Assembly (NCBI GenBank): GCA_964639385.1
Contig: CAZXCW010000002.1
Coordinates: forward strand, 1-48,703
Source: an uncultured Nitrospiraceae bacterium
GTDB lineage: Bacteria > Nitrospirota > Thermodesulfovibrionia > Thermodesulfovibrionales > SM23-35
Reading direction: 5' to 3'
DNA: 48,703 nucleotides
The position numbers and the translations under genes were made by a program. The notes under the pieces were generated by a model. It saw nothing but the letters and a program-made list of their open reading frames with translations, searched no databases and had not been told where the DNA came from. Positions 25,470 to 35,871 of the stretch are shown here, one piece after another (the stretch's first letter is position 1; the number at the start of each line of letters is the position of its first letter).

Positions 25470-26279
25470 TTATCTAAGCACAATGCCTGCATAGCCAACA
25501 ACATGTTCATAATCTCCACTTACCTCTGCAGATGTGGAATACTTTACAAGTCTTGAAGAACGGGCACCGAGCATCTTGGCTGCGAAAAGCATTGCTGCAA
25601 CAGGAATATAACCGCACATGGATATCCTTTCCTTCTCTACTATTTCATAAAGCCCTTCGGGATCAAGGGATAATATTTTATCTATCGCTTTTCCGTCTCT
25701 CTTCCTTGCAACATCGTCAGGTACATAATGGCTCATATCCGAGCTTGCAACAATAATGACTGGGGAACCTATCTCCTTCACTGCCTTTGCTATGCCTTCT
25801 CCAAGTATTCTACATTCTTCTACAGAGGCTGAAAGAATTATGATGGGTACAATTTTTGTTTTTTTTTCTTTAGAAAAATATGCGATAAATGGAAGCTGAA
25901 CCTCCAGTGAATGCTCAAACATATGTGCCTTGGCATCCTTAGTCACGATGGGCAGGTTCATAGCAAGCTTGTAAGAGATTTTTTCATCAACCTGAAAAAC
26001 CCCGGTTGGTATTTCCCATTCACCTGATTCCATCAAGGATATTTTTGGACCAAGACCGGTATGATTTGGTCCTATTAACACAAATGTCTCTGGAAAGTCT
26101 ATGGAGGAATAAACAGCTCCTGCTACGGGGCCTGAATATACCAAACCTGCGTGGGGTGAAACAATAGCGATTACCTTTTCTTTTTGCGCATCTCTGTCTA
26201 TATATTTCTCTACTTGTTGAGCTAATTTAGATGCAGTGGCGTGATAGAATTGTCCTGCAACCGCAGGAGGCCTTTTCAA
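25470..26279 (-). CDS. Memo-like protein (AmmeMemoRadiSam system protein B family)
   Basis: MKRPPAVAGQFY N-terminus and SPHAG / SSDMSH metal-site-like motifs, 269 aa. Confidence 0.8.
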   Translation of the reverse strand: MKRPPAVAGQFYHATASKLAQQVEKYIDRDAQKEKVIAIVSPHAGLVYSGPVAGAVYSSIDFPETFVLIGPNHTGLGPKISLMESGEWEIPTGVFQVDEKISYKLAMNLPIVTKDAKAHMFEHSLEVQLPFIAYFSKEKKTKIVPIIILSASVEECRILGEGIAKAVKEIGSPVIIVASSDMSHYVPDDVARKRDGKAIDKILSLDPEGLYEIVEKERISMCGYIPVAAMLFAAKMLGARSSRLVKYSTSAEVSGDYEHVVGYAGIVLR

Positions 26280-27655
26280 AACGCCTCCTCTTCATCCACA
26301 ACCGGTTGATATTCTCTATCAGCTCTGTCTAAAAACCTTGTACAGTTAGAAATAAATGTAAGCTTGATTGTCTCACCAGAAGGACCATTTCTCTGTTTTG
26401 CTATATTAACTTCTGCCTGTCCTTTATTTGCCGGGTTATCCTTGTCATAAATCTCACCTCTGTAAAGAAAAAGTATGACATCGGCATCCTGCTCGATTGC
26501 ACCTGACTCTCTCAGGTCCGCCAGAATAGGTATAGGAGGCCTGCGCTGCTCTACACTTCTGTTAAGCTGGCTAACTGCGATAACAGGCACATTTAATTCT
26601 TTTGCAAGTGCCTTGAGTGAACGGGATATGTCAGATATTTCCTGTTCACGCCTTTCAAAACTCCCCTTTCCCCTCATTAATTGAAGATAATCCACTATAA
26701 CAAGACTTAGTCCATGCTCCATTTTAAGCCTTCTTGCCTTTGCACGAAGCTCAAGAACTGTAATACCTGATGAATCGTCTATGAAGATCGGTGCCCCTGT
26801 AAGTTTACTTGCCGCACCCGTTAATTTATGCCAGTCCTCTTTTTTTATGAACCCTTTTCTTACATTATTTGAGTTCACCATCGCTTCGGAACAGAGCATC
26901 CTGAATGCAAGCTGTTCTTTTGCCATCTCAAGACTAAAAATAGCAACAGGCTCCCTTGATTCAAGGCCTACATGCTGAGCAACATTAAGGGCAAAAGCTG
27001 TTTTCCCCATCGAAGGCCTACCGCCAACAATTATAAGCTCACCTCTTTGAAAACCCGTCGTCAATGAGTCAAGGTCTTTAAAGCCTGAAGGGATACCAGT
27101 GATTGCCTCTTTTTTGTCATAAAGGTGTTCAATCATCTCGAAACTACTTTTAATTACCTCCTTCAATGTAACAAAGGATGCCTTTACCCTTTTGTCTGAA
27201 ATTTCGAAAACAGACCTCTCTGCAAAGTCCACAAGCTCTTCTGCCTCCAGACTCTCTTCATATACCTTGTTTGCGATTTCTGTTGCCGACCTTATAAGAT
27301 TCCTCAGAAGGCCCTTCTCTCTGACAATCTTTGAGTGATACTTTATATTTGCTGCCGTTGGAACCATATTCACCAGAGATGATAGGTAAGATATACCTCC
27401 GACTGCATCTAACTCATCCTGCCTTTTCATATAATCTGTAAGGGTGATAAGGTCTATAGGCTCGTTTTTATCAAAAAGTTCTATCATTGCATTAAATATC
27501 TTTCTGTGGGATTGTTTATAGAAATCCTCAGGGTCGAGGACTTCCAATGCCTTTGGTAATGCCTCATTATCAATAAGTATAGCGCCCAAGATAGACTGTT
27601 CTGCATCTATGTTTTGGGGAGGTAGTCTATCTAATGGTGATTCTACTTCTTTCAT
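26276..27655 (-). CDS. dnaB: Replicative DNA helicase
   Basis: PPQNIDAEQSILGAIL N-terminus, Walker A GGRPSMGKTAF and a RecA-like C-terminal domain. The length is 459 aa and there is no intein. Confidence 0.95.
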   Translation of the reverse strand: MKEVESPLDRLPPQNIDAEQSILGAILIDNEALPKALEVLDPEDFYKQSHRKIFNAMIELFDKNEPIDLITLTDYMKRQDELDAVGGISYLSSLVNMVPTAANIKYHSKIVREKGLLRNLIRSATEIANKVYEESLEAEELVDFAERSVFEISDKRVKASFVTLKEVIKSSFEMIEHLYDKKEAITGIPSGFKDLDSLTTGFQRGELIIVGGRPSMGKTAFALNVAQHVGLESREPVAIFSLEMAKEQLAFRMLCSEAMVNSNNVRKGFIKKEDWHKLTGAASKLTGAPIFIDDSSGITVLELRAKARRLKMEHGLSLVIVDYLQLMRGKGSFERREQEISDISRSLKALAKELNVPVIAVSQLNRSVEQRRPPIPILADLRESGAIEQDADVILFLYRGEIYDKDNPANKGQAEVNIAKQRNGPSGETIKLTFISNCTRFLDRADREYQPVVDEEEAF

Positions 27656-28095
27656 TCTTCTATAACCTGAACATTGAGTTGTGCTGATATCTCATGATGG
27701 ATTTTTATATTTACTGAGTAAGAGCCAAGTCTTTTTATTGGTTCTTCAAGTAAAATCTTCTTCTTGTCTACTTCAAGACCCTCATTTTTGAGTGCCTCGG
27801 CAATATCCATGGTGGTTACAGAGCCGAAGAGCTTTCCCTCTTCACCAGCCTTAGCCTTGATTGCGAGTGTCATGGACGAAATCCTGAGTGCAAAGTCCTG
27901 AGCTGAATCTTTCAGCTTTTTTGCTTTTTCCTGGATAATCTTTTTTTCATGCTCTAATGATCGTATGTTTTTGGTGTTTGCCTCAACGGCAAGGCCCCTC
28001 GGTACAAGATAATTTCTCGCATATCCATCTGCCACATCAACAATTTGTCCCATCTTTCCGAGTGCCTTGATATCTTCTCTAAGAATGACCTTCAT
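27652..28095 (-). CDS. rplI: 50S ribosomal protein L9
   Basis: MKVILREDIKALGKMGQIVDVADGYARNYLVPRGLA, 147 aa. Confidence 0.95.
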   Translation of the reverse strand: MKVILREDIKALGKMGQIVDVADGYARNYLVPRGLAVEANTKNIRSLEHEKKIIQEKAKKLKDSAQDFALRISSMTLAIKAKAGEEGKLFGSVTTMDIAEALKNEGLEVDKKKILLEEPIKRLGSYSVNIKIHHEISAQLNVQVIEE

Positions 28096-28175
28096 ATAAA
28101 CCTCTCACAGGTAGGAATTTCATTAATACTACAATAGGAAATTAAATTATGCAAGAGGGTGAAAGGATAATGAAA

Positions 28176-29012
28176 TCACAAAATCTTAAATGGTACAGGT
28201 ATAAATGTGATGACAAATATCAGGAATGAGAGCCACCCGAGAAATATCCTTTTACCGTCTAAAGGAATCTCACTATAAAAGACAGGTGGATGTTTTAGTC
28301 CAAGAATTAACAATAAAATCGCCCAGACAGCCCATCCTTCCCACAAAAAAAGACCAAGGATAAACAATACAGGAATGAGTATCTTCGAGAAATAGGCATG
28401 TTTTTCTCCAAAGAGTGCATAGGCAATATGTCCTCCGTCGAGTTGTCCAATTGGTAAAAGATTCAAAGATGTAACAAAGAAACCGATCCAACCAGCAAAG
28501 GCTACAGGATGAAGGATCACGTCTTGAGCACCAGGTTGGAAATCAAGAATTAATTGAGAAAGGGTAGAAAAGAGCAAAGAATCACCAAGGTTGAGAGATC
28601 CCTCCGTCCTTTGGATCGGGACTACCTGAGATATAGAAAGCCCAATTATCGTTACTACAACCGAGATGATGAAACCTGCAAGAGGTCCAGATACCCCGAT
28701 ATCCAGGAGAGCTTGTCTTGTGGTAATAGGAGATTTCATTTTAATAAAGGCACCAAAGGTACCAATGATTGTAGGGGCAGGTATAAAATAAGGAAGCGTA
28801 GCCTTTACCCTGTGTTTTCTTGATGCCAAATAATGTGATAGTTCATGAGCGAGGAGAATTGACATAAGGGTTAATGCAAAGGGAATTCCTTTATAAAACT
28901 TTTCTGGCTCTTCAAGGATATTCACTCCGGACTGCAGTGCCCCTGCAAGGACAGTTGTAAGAAATGTAACACCAAAGAGAAGAATATGTAATAAAAGCTT
29001 CTTTTGTGCCAT
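28176..29012 (-). CDS. Site-2 protease family (M50) membrane metalloprotease
   Basis: HELSHYLASRKH (HExxH) lies in a TM helix, with a downstream NLLPIGQLDGGHI motif. I trimmed the start to MAQKKLLLHILLF at 29012. Confidence 0.85.
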   Translation of the reverse strand: MAQKKLLLHILLFGVTFLTTVLAGALQSGVNILEEPEKFYKGIPFALTLMSILLAHELSHYLASRKHRVKATLPYFIPAPTIIGTFGAFIKMKSPITTRQALLDIGVSGPLAGFIISVVVTIIGLSISQVVPIQRTEGSLNLGDSLLFSTLSQLILDFQPGAQDVILHPVAFAGWIGFFVTSLNLLPIGQLDGGHIAYALFGEKHAYFSKILIPVLFILGLFLWEGWAVWAILLLILGLKHPPVFYSEIPLDGKRIFLGWLSFLIFVITFIPVPFKIL

Positions 29013-29089
29013 AGTGATTATTATATCGTTTAAAGTCAGTAAGAATCCTCTGAAAAAATCATTCCTCAAAAATGTTTGGCAAATCTCCA

Positions 29090-29205
29090 CGCTCTGTCGA
29101 GCCTCTCTACCCTATGGGTCGTAGACGAGTCGTAGACCGAGATAGTCGGTGCGACTAAATCCATTCGAACAACTCTATCTCCAATCTTTTGCTGGATTTG
29201 TAACA
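29090..29205 (-). repeat. Diverged/partial relative of the structured repeat (copy D)
   Basis: It shares CTCGGTCT(A/G)CGACTCGT and AGAGAGG(C/T)CGA with copy C, but lacks the conserved closing-stem blocks. Confidence 0.4.
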
Positions 29206-29269
29206 ATTTTTATAAATAATCTGGGTTAGTAATTAGTCAAAAGAGAAAGAGAATTATATGCATTCGATT

Positions 29270-30499
29270 CTACTCATATCTTAATGCATCTATAGGGTTA
29301 AGGAGCGAGGCCTTGTAAGCAGGATAAAATCCAAAAAATATTCCCACCAGCCCAGAAAAGCCAAAGGCAAGCAAAATTGAAAAAGGTGATACGATTGTCG
29401 TCCAGCCGGCAAGCATAGATATTAATTCCGAACCGGAAATACCAGCGATAATTCCGGCTACTCCACCGATTAATGATAAAGTAAGTGCCTCGATTACGAA
29501 CTGCAGCCTTATATCCCATGTCTTCGCACCAATAGCCATCCTTATCCCTATCTCTCTTGTCCTTTCTGTAACAGATACGAGCATGATGTTCATAATCCCT
29601 ATCCCGCCGACTAGCAGGGATACTGATGCTATGGCACCGAGCAATAAGGTCATTACCTTTGTTGACTGTTCCGCCGCCTGCATTATCTCTGTTAGATTTC
29701 TGACAGTGAAGTCATTTTCCTGCTTCGGGCCTATACGATGCCTCTGCTTGAGCAAGTCATTTATCTGATTTTCGGCAGGTCCTAAGTCTTCCGTACTTTT
29801 AGCCTTCACCATAATTATCCTCACCATCCCGGGAAAAGATGTCCCGAAAAGTTTTTTCTGCGCTGTTGTAAGGGGGATATAAACGGTGTCATCCTGATCA
29901 ACGCCACGCGGAGATTGTCCTTTCGGTGCAAGGACACCCATAACGGTGAAAGGTACGTTCTTAATCCTGATAATCTTACCGACAGGGTTTGTATCTCCGA
30001 ATAAATTGTCAACAACAGTCTGTCCCAATAAACATACCTTTGTAGCACTCTTGACATCCTGCTCTGTAAATGGCCTGCCTGAAACAATCGGCCAGTCCCT
30101 CACGACCAACATATCCGGAGTTGTGCCTACCACGCCGGTTGACCAGTTCTGATGTCCATAAATAACCTGTGCGACACCGCTGAGAACAGGGGCAACATTT
30201 GCTATAGCAGGACATTCCTTGAGTATTGCATCTGCGTTACCCATTGTGAGAGTCGGCTGGGTACCGGAACCCATTCTTACTCCTCCTGCTGTAGTTGCTC
30301 CAGGAAGAACTATAAGAAGATTACTTCCCATGCTCGAGATCTGCTCGGCTATCCTATTGCTCGCTCCCGTGCCTATCGCAAGCATTGCAATAACAGCACC
30401 GACACCGATGATGATGCCGAGCATTGTGAGGGCTGAACGCATCTTGTTCACTTTTAATGCCCTGAATGATATCTTTAATGTCGAAGGTATATTTATCAT
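29270..30499 (-). CDS. MacB-type ABC transporter permease (MacB_PCD + FtsX)
   Basis: 409 aa with an N-terminal TM, a large periplasmic domain and C-terminal FtsX-like TMs. It overlaps the upstream ATPase gene by 4 nt. Confidence 0.88.
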   Translation of the reverse strand: MINIPSTLKISFRALKVNKMRSALTMLGIIIGVGAVIAMLAIGTGASNRIAEQISSMGSNLLIVLPGATTAGGVRMGSGTQPTLTMGNADAILKECPAIANVAPVLSGVAQVIYGHQNWSTGVVGTTPDMLVVRDWPIVSGRPFTEQDVKSATKVCLLGQTVVDNLFGDTNPVGKIIRIKNVPFTVMGVLAPKGQSPRGVDQDDTVYIPLTTAQKKLFGTSFPGMVRIIMVKAKSTEDLGPAENQINDLLKQRHRIGPKQENDFTVRNLTEIMQAAEQSTKVMTLLLGAIASVSLLVGGIGIMNIMLVSVTERTREIGIRMAIGAKTWDIRLQFVIEALTLSLIGGVAGIIAGISGSELISMLAGWTTIVSPFSILLAFGFSGLVGIFFGFYPAYKASLLNPIDALRYE

Positions 30500-31188
30500 A
30501 GCTTTTCCTTTTGCTCATCACTGATAATACTGCCGTCCAGGAATCTTATTATTCGTCTGCTATATGCAGCCATATCATTTTCATGTGTTACGAGTATTAT
30601 GGTGATCCCTGATTCATTGTTCAGCTTAACAAATAGTTGCATGATCTCGGCACTCGCCTTTGAATCGAGGTTTCCGGTAGGTTCGTCTGCGAGTATTATG
30701 GGCGCTTCATTCACAAGTGCCCTGGCTATTGCAACTCTTTGCTGTTGTCCACCGGAAAGCTGATTGGGATGATGGTCTTCTCTCCCCTCAAGACCAACGC
30801 TCTTGAGCGCCTCCATTGCCTTCTGCCTTCTTTCTTTCGCGGGAATCCCGTCATAGAGCATCGGCAGCTCGACATTTTCAAGAGCAGAAGTCCTTGGGAG
30901 AAGGTTGAATACCTGGAAGACAAAGCCAATCTTTTTGTTCCTTATACCGGCAAGTTGATCTCTATTAAGGCTGCTGACATCAATTGCTTCAAGGATATAC
31001 CGTCCGCTTGTTGGTTTATCAAGACATCCCAGGATATTCATAAGGGTTGATTTCCCCGAACCAGACGGACCCATTATTGCAACAAATTCACCTTTTTCTA
31101 TTTTCACCGATACATTACTTAGAGCTTTTATTTCGATATCTCCAAGCTTGTAGATTTTGATAATGTCATATGCCTCAATAAGCGACAT
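30496..31188 (-). CDS. MacB/LolD-type ABC transporter ATP-binding protein
   Basis: Walker [10 protein letters not shown], signature [15 protein letters not shown] and Walker [10 protein letters not shown] trimmed the start to the ATG at 31188 ([13 protein letters not shown]), directly after the upstream stop. Confidence 0.9.
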   Translation of the reverse strand: MSLIEAYDIIKIYKLGDIEIKALSNVSVKIEKGEFVAIMGPSGSGKSTLMNILGCLDKPTSGRYILEAIDVSSLNRDQLAGIRNKKIGFVFQVFNLLPRTSALENVELPMLYDGIPAKERRQKAMEALKSVGLEGREDHHPNQLSGGQQQRVAIARALVNEAPIILADEPTGNLDSKASAEIMQLFVKLNNESGITIILVTHENDMAAYSRRIIRFLDGSIISDEQKEKL

Positions 31189-31189
31189 A

Positions 31190-32344
31190 TCAGAACATTC
31201 TCGGACCGGTACGTGCGGATCCTTTTGGCTTGGCAAGAGATTCTACAATGACTTCCTGCCCTTCCTTAAGATCTCCTGTAATGAGTTCTGTATAGTTCCC
31301 GTCACTTATTCCCAGAGAAACATGAACACGCTTTGGTTTATCTTTTTCAATTATCCATACCCCGGCTCCTTTTTTATCAGGTGCGACCAAGCCCTTTTCG
31401 GAAGGTTTAAACCGCAGTGCGGCATTCGGTATCTTTAGAACGTCCTTTTTTATTGATACTATTATCGACACATTGGCAGTCATCCCGGGCTTAAGTTTGA
31501 GCTCAGGATTATTGACCTGGATCACCACATCATAGGTGACAACATTCTGAACCGTTATCGGGGCATTCCTGACCTGCCATACCTTTCCCTTAAATGTAAT
31601 GTCCGGATATGCATCAACTGTAAATTCAACATCTTGTCCTACCTTTACATTCCCTATATCCGCCTCATCTACATTCGTATCGATCTGCATCTTTGTAAGG
31701 TCCTGCGCAATGCTGAACAGTGTCGGGGTCTGAAAGCTTGCGGCAACAGTTTGCCCGATGTCCACATTTCTCGATACAACAATCCCGTCTACTGGGGACA
31801 CTATCTTCGTATAATAAAGGTTAGTCTCCGCAGAGCTTAAGGCTGCCTGGCCCTGTGCAACCTGAGCCTTTGCGGCGCTTACCGAAGCCTTTGCAGTTTC
31901 ATAATTGGTTTCCGCAGTATCGAAATCACCCTGTGCAATGAGGTTTTTCGCTAAAAGCTCTTTATTTCTTTCCATTGTCCTTTTTGCATCAACTTGTGTT
32001 GCCTCTGCTTTCTCCAGATTTGCCTTGGCCGAAAGTAGATTTGCTCCCGCCTGGTTCACCTGTGCCTCAAATAAAGCCGGGTCTATCCGGGCTATTAGCT
32101 GGCCTTTCTTCACAGGAGAATTGAAATCCACATATATATTTTTTATAGTACCTGATACCTGCGTGCCCACAAGAACAGTGGTCACAGGGTTTACTGTGCC
32201 TGTGGCGGTAACCGACATTTCTATATCGCCTCTGATAACCTTTTCTGTTCTGAATTTTGGTTCATTTCCTTTACCCCGGAACAAAATAAATAGAGCAATA
32301 GCGATGACAATAATTATTCCGCCAATAATCAGTACTTTTTTCAT
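31190..32344 (-). CDS. Efflux periplasmic adaptor (MacA/HlyD_D23 type)
   Basis: N-terminal TM anchor, lipoyl/coiled-coil/beta-barrel pattern (QVSGTI...G.LIARIDP), 384 aa. Confidence 0.88.
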   Translation of the reverse strand: MKKVLIIGGIIIVIAIALFILFRGKGNEPKFRTEKVIRGDIEMSVTATGTVNPVTTVLVGTQVSGTIKNIYVDFNSPVKKGQLIARIDPALFEAQVNQAGANLLSAKANLEKAEATQVDAKRTMERNKELLAKNLIAQGDFDTAETNYETAKASVSAAKAQVAQGQAALSSAETNLYYTKIVSPVDGIVVSRNVDIGQTVAASFQTPTLFSIAQDLTKMQIDTNVDEADIGNVKVGQDVEFTVDAYPDITFKGKVWQVRNAPITVQNVVTYDVVIQVNNPELKLKPGMTANVSIIVSIKKDVLKIPNAALRFKPSEKGLVAPDKKGAGVWIIEKDKPKRVHVSLGISDGNYTELITGDLKEGQEVIVESLAKPKGSARTGPRMF

Positions 32345-33630
32345 CGTATCCCCATCGCCTTCTCAAGACTTGCCCGTGCAACCTTATAATCATAAAGTGC
32401 CTGTATGTAAGATAGCTTTGCATTCAAGAGAGATACCTCCGCATCAGTAACTTCGATGGGATTCCCTACACCTGCTGCATATCTGCCGTTCGCTATCTCA
32501 AGATTCTCCCCTGCCTGCTTTACTCCGAGTTCTGCCGTAGGTATACTATCTTCCGCCTGCTTAAGATTCAGGTATGCCTGTTGTACGTCCAGAAAAACCG
32601 TCTGTCTCAGTAACTCTTCATTTGCCGATAGGACATTCAGATTTGCCTTTGCTTCTTCTACCTGATACTTTGTAAGAAAGCCGCTGAATAAAGGCAATGA
32701 AAAAGTTGCCCCTATATTCCACCCCCTCTCAAGTGGGAAGACATTCCCCGCATAGTCATAACCGGCCGTGCCTGTCAATATAGGATAGTAACCTTTCTTT
32801 GCAAGATCAATGGAGCTTTCCGCCGCCTGTTTCTTTGAAATGATTGACATTAAATCGGGCCTGTTTTTATATGCCTTAGTCAGGGCATCTTCAAAAGTTA
32901 TATTATATTTTTGGAATAAAAGATTATCCTTGAGAATATATTCGGGTGCATCGGGGACGCCCATTGCATTGTTCAGGTTCGCTACTGCTATCCTGACTGC
33001 ATTTTCAGCCTTTATTAGGTTCAGCTTTGCATTACTCAGGTCCACTTCTGCCTTCGTCACATCAAATTTGGGTTTTGTGCCTACTTCGTAAAATCCCTTT
33101 GCCTGATCAAGGTGCTGCTGAAACTGTTTTACCGTGTCTGCAGAAACATCCCTGTTTCGCTTTGCCTGTAATACTCCATAGTATGTCTGTTTGACATTAA
33201 AGATTATCTGGGTTGACACATTCTCAAGGTCTGAGAGGGAAGAATCATAATTCAGCCTCTGGATCTTGACCTGCGATGCGGTTTTTCCAAAATCGAAGAT
33301 GTTCTGATTAAGGGTAACACCTGTTAAATAGGAATTATATATTACAGATCTCGTTGCAAAGCCAAAAGACGTCCTTGGACCTACAGAGGTTCGACTGGCA
33401 CTTGACGACCAGTCTATCTGCGGATAGTAATTTGCCTTTGCCTCTCCAATCTTATTCTGGTTTGCATTCGTTGTATTCATGGCGGCAATGATAGCAGGCT
33501 GTCTTTTGAGCGCTATCTCGATACATCTCTCCAGATTAAGAGATTCACCTTTTTTAATAATATCCTCTGCCCCGGCCTTAAAAGGCATAATGAGTACAAG
33601 AAATAAAACGATAGTAACAAACTGCTTCAT
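32341..33630 (-). CDS. TolC-family outer-membrane efflux channel
   Basis: A signal peptide and two OEP repeats with long coiled-coil segments. I placed the start at the ATG at 33630, which has GGAGG 8 nt upstream. Confidence 0.88.
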   Translation of the reverse strand: MKQFVTIVLFLVLIMPFKAGAEDIIKKGESLNLERCIEIALKRQPAIIAAMNTTNANQNKIGEAKANYYPQIDWSSSASRTSVGPRTSFGFATRSVIYNSYLTGVTLNQNIFDFGKTASQVKIQRLNYDSSLSDLENVSTQIIFNVKQTYYGVLQAKRNRDVSADTVKQFQQHLDQAKGFYEVGTKPKFDVTKAEVDLSNAKLNLIKAENAVRIAVANLNNAMGVPDAPEYILKDNLLFQKYNITFEDALTKAYKNRPDLMSIISKKQAAESSIDLAKKGYYPILTGTAGYDYAGNVFPLERGWNIGATFSLPLFSGFLTKYQVEEAKANLNVLSANEELLRQTVFLDVQQAYLNLKQAEDSIPTAELGVKQAGENLEIANGRYAAGVGNPIEVTDAEVSLLNAKLSYIQALYDYKVARASLEKAMGIR

Positions 33631-33724
33631 TTTAACCGCCTCCATATATAAAGTTATTTACCAAATTATGTTCCCTTTAGCTTTCTACCCTAAAGCAATG
33701 CATCGTAAACATACTATAAAAAAA

Positions 33725-34840
33725 TCAAAGTGTCCTTTTGAACATCGCTATCGCTATCGTCATCATTACAGACGTAAAAATCAAAAGAAAAGTTACATCT
33801 CCCGGAATGCTGGTGATGCTCTGACCTTTAAAGAGAATAGACTTCAATGCGTCTACTGCATATGCTTCGGGGTTAATCTTTGCAAAACCCTTGAGCCACC
33901 CTGGAAAGCTCGCAATCGGATATATTGCGCCGCTCGGGAAAAAGAGTATAACATTGAGAAATCCGCTCAAGACTCCTACAATCCTTGGATGGTTCACCCT
34001 TCCGATCATAACGAACATCAGGCTGAGGAGACAGAGGGTGGTAAGAATTATGACAATCAAAACGGAAGCAGACTGTTCTATCCCTTTTGAAAGTGGGATG
34101 CCTGTTATGATCATACTTGCCGTAAATATTAAAATAGCAATAAGAGTTGTGATAGATAGCCCGCTTATAATAAGTCCTGCAACGATATGAGATTTGGAAA
34201 GTGGTGTAAGCAGATAACTTTCATCTATCCCGAGAAATCTGTCCATAACCAGATTAAAGGCACCTGTAGTCAAGGCTCCAAGGAAAATAGCCATAATCAC
34301 AACGCCCGGGACAAGGGACTGATAATAATCAACCTGTCTGTAAAGGTTTATGTCTCTGAGATATACCTCATCCGTCTTTTCTCTTATGGGTACATAGTCC
34401 GTATAAATTGATGTAAGAGCACCGTTTACTGCACCTTTTATAGCATCGGCGGATATGGCATCGGTGTTATCAAGGAACAACCCCACTTCAGGCCGGCCAT
34501 TCAAAGCCACCTTTTTACTGAAATCAGGCGGTATTATAAGCACGGCTTTATATTTGCCCTCTTTTACTCCGGCAATCGCCTTCTTATCATCTATAGCTTT
34601 AATGACGGTCACGGTCTTTGGCTGCACTTCAACAGCTCGCAAATTATCCACGAGTCTCCTTGCATAAAAACCTGAGTCCCGGTTAACTATAACCAGCTGT
34701 AATGCCTGTAGTTTTCCCTGGAATGAATTCCCCAGGATCAGGAGGTAGATGATGGGCATAAAGATGCTCATTGCAAGCACCATCGGATTACGCTTGAACT
34801 TTTTTAAATCTCTTTCTACAACAGCAAGCAGTTTAACCAT
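33725..34840 (-). CDS. ABC-2 type transporter permease
   Basis: 371 aa with an N-terminal TM, an extracytoplasmic domain and five C-terminal TMs (YbhS/YbhR-like). Confidence 0.85.
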   Translation of the reverse strand: MVKLLAVVERDLKKFKRNPMVLAMSIFMPIIYLLILGNSFQGKLQALQLVIVNRDSGFYARRLVDNLRAVEVQPKTVTVIKAIDDKKAIAGVKEGKYKAVLIIPPDFSKKVALNGRPEVGLFLDNTDAISADAIKGAVNGALTSIYTDYVPIREKTDEVYLRDINLYRQVDYYQSLVPGVVIMAIFLGALTTGAFNLVMDRFLGIDESYLLTPLSKSHIVAGLIISGLSITTLIAILIFTASMIITGIPLSKGIEQSASVLIVIILTTLCLLSLMFVMIGRVNHPRIVGVLSGFLNVILFFPSGAIYPIASFPGWLKGFAKINPEAYAVDALKSILFKGQSITSIPGDVTFLLIFTSVMMTIAIAMFKRTL

Positions 34841-34857
34841 ATTGCCCTAAACCAATC

Positions 34858-35865
34858 TCATCTTCCCCATCTCTGGGGTATTCCGGCACCTATAAGTAAA
34901 CTCACCTTTTTGGCCTCTTCTTCCCTGATAGTCTTGCCTGTATAATGTATAAAAACATCTTCAAGAGATTGTTCGTGTACAGTCGCAGATATAATCTTTC
35001 CTCCAAAAGACTTAACATCATCTATTAGTTGTGGAAGATTTTGAGCACCATTGTCCACATATATCCTTAAATTGTTATCTTCAATATTGACATTATGCAC
35101 AAAAGTCAAAGTCTTTATTCTGTCAGCAATGTCTTCCGAAAGATTTTCAAAGGTAAGAGATATGATATCATTCCCCGGTATTTGAGACTTAAGCTCCTCA
35201 GGGCTCCCGATTGCAATTATCTTTCCTGAATCTATGATAGCTACCCTGTTACATAATGCCTCTGCCTCTTCCATATAATGTGTAGTAAGAAAAACCGTTA
35301 TCGAATCCCCTTCAATGAGCTTTCTCAGAAAATCCCAGACAACATGCCTGGACTGGGGGTCAAGTCCAATGGTCGGCTCATCAAGAAAGAGTATTCTGGG
35401 CTGATGCACAAGGACCCTCGCTACTTCAAGCCTTCTCCTCATCCCGCCTGAATACGATGCTACGAGGTCATGTGCCCTTGCGGTAAGGCCAACCATATCG
35501 AGGATATACTTTATTCTTTCTTTCCTTTCTTTAGAGGGAATCCCATAGAACCTTCCATAAATATCCATATTTTCATATCCTGTAAGATCAAGGTCACTTG
35601 TCATGGCCTGCGGCACTACCCCGATCTCGCGTCTTACCTTTTCAGGATTTTTAACAACATCACAGCACGCTACAATTGCATTTCCGTCTGTCGGTTTCAA
35701 TAAGGTTGTAAGCATTCTGATAAGGGTGGTCTTCCCGGCGCCGTTCGGGCCGAGGAAACCAAAGATTTCCCCTTCCAGCACATAAAAGCTTACGTTATCG
35801 ACAGCAGTAAGAGATCCATATCTCTTTGTTATTCCAGAAACTTCTACAGCTTTCCCCTTTTGCAT
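34858..35865 (-). CDS. ABC transporter ATP-binding protein (DrrA/YbhF-like)
   Basis: Walker A GPNGAGKTT, signature YSGGMRRRLEVAR and Walker B LFLDEPT, 335 aa. Confidence 0.9.
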   Translation of the reverse strand: MQKGKAVEVSGITKRYGSLTAVDNVSFYVLEGEIFGFLGPNGAGKTTLIRMLTTLLKPTDGNAIVACCDVVKNPEKVRREIGVVPQAMTSDLDLTGYENMDIYGRFYGIPSKERKERIKYILDMVGLTARAHDLVASYSGGMRRRLEVARVLVHQPRILFLDEPTIGLDPQSRHVVWDFLRKLIEGDSITVFLTTHYMEEAEALCNRVAIIDSGKIIAIGSPEELKSQIPGNDIISLTFENLSEDIADRIKTLTFVHNVNIEDNNLRIYVDNGAQNLPQLIDDVKSFGGKIISATVHEQSLEDVFIHYTGKTIREEEAKKVSLLIGAGIPQRWGR

Positions 35866-35871
35866 ATCCCT

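Noticed and set aside
31905-32450. 181-aa plus-strand ORF
   Set aside because: It is antisense to the MacA-like adaptor and the TolC 3' end, and it has no motif.
33660-33724. Hairpin CTTTAG-N9-CTAAAG after the ABC-2 permease gene as a terminator
   Set aside because: It is only 6 bp, AT-rich and has no following U-tract on the minus strand. The tolC gene continues the array 94 nt downstream.
33479-34090. 203-aa plus-strand ORF bridging the tolC start and the ABC-2 permease end
   Set aside because: It overlaps two well-supported minus-strand genes and has no recognisable domain or RBS.
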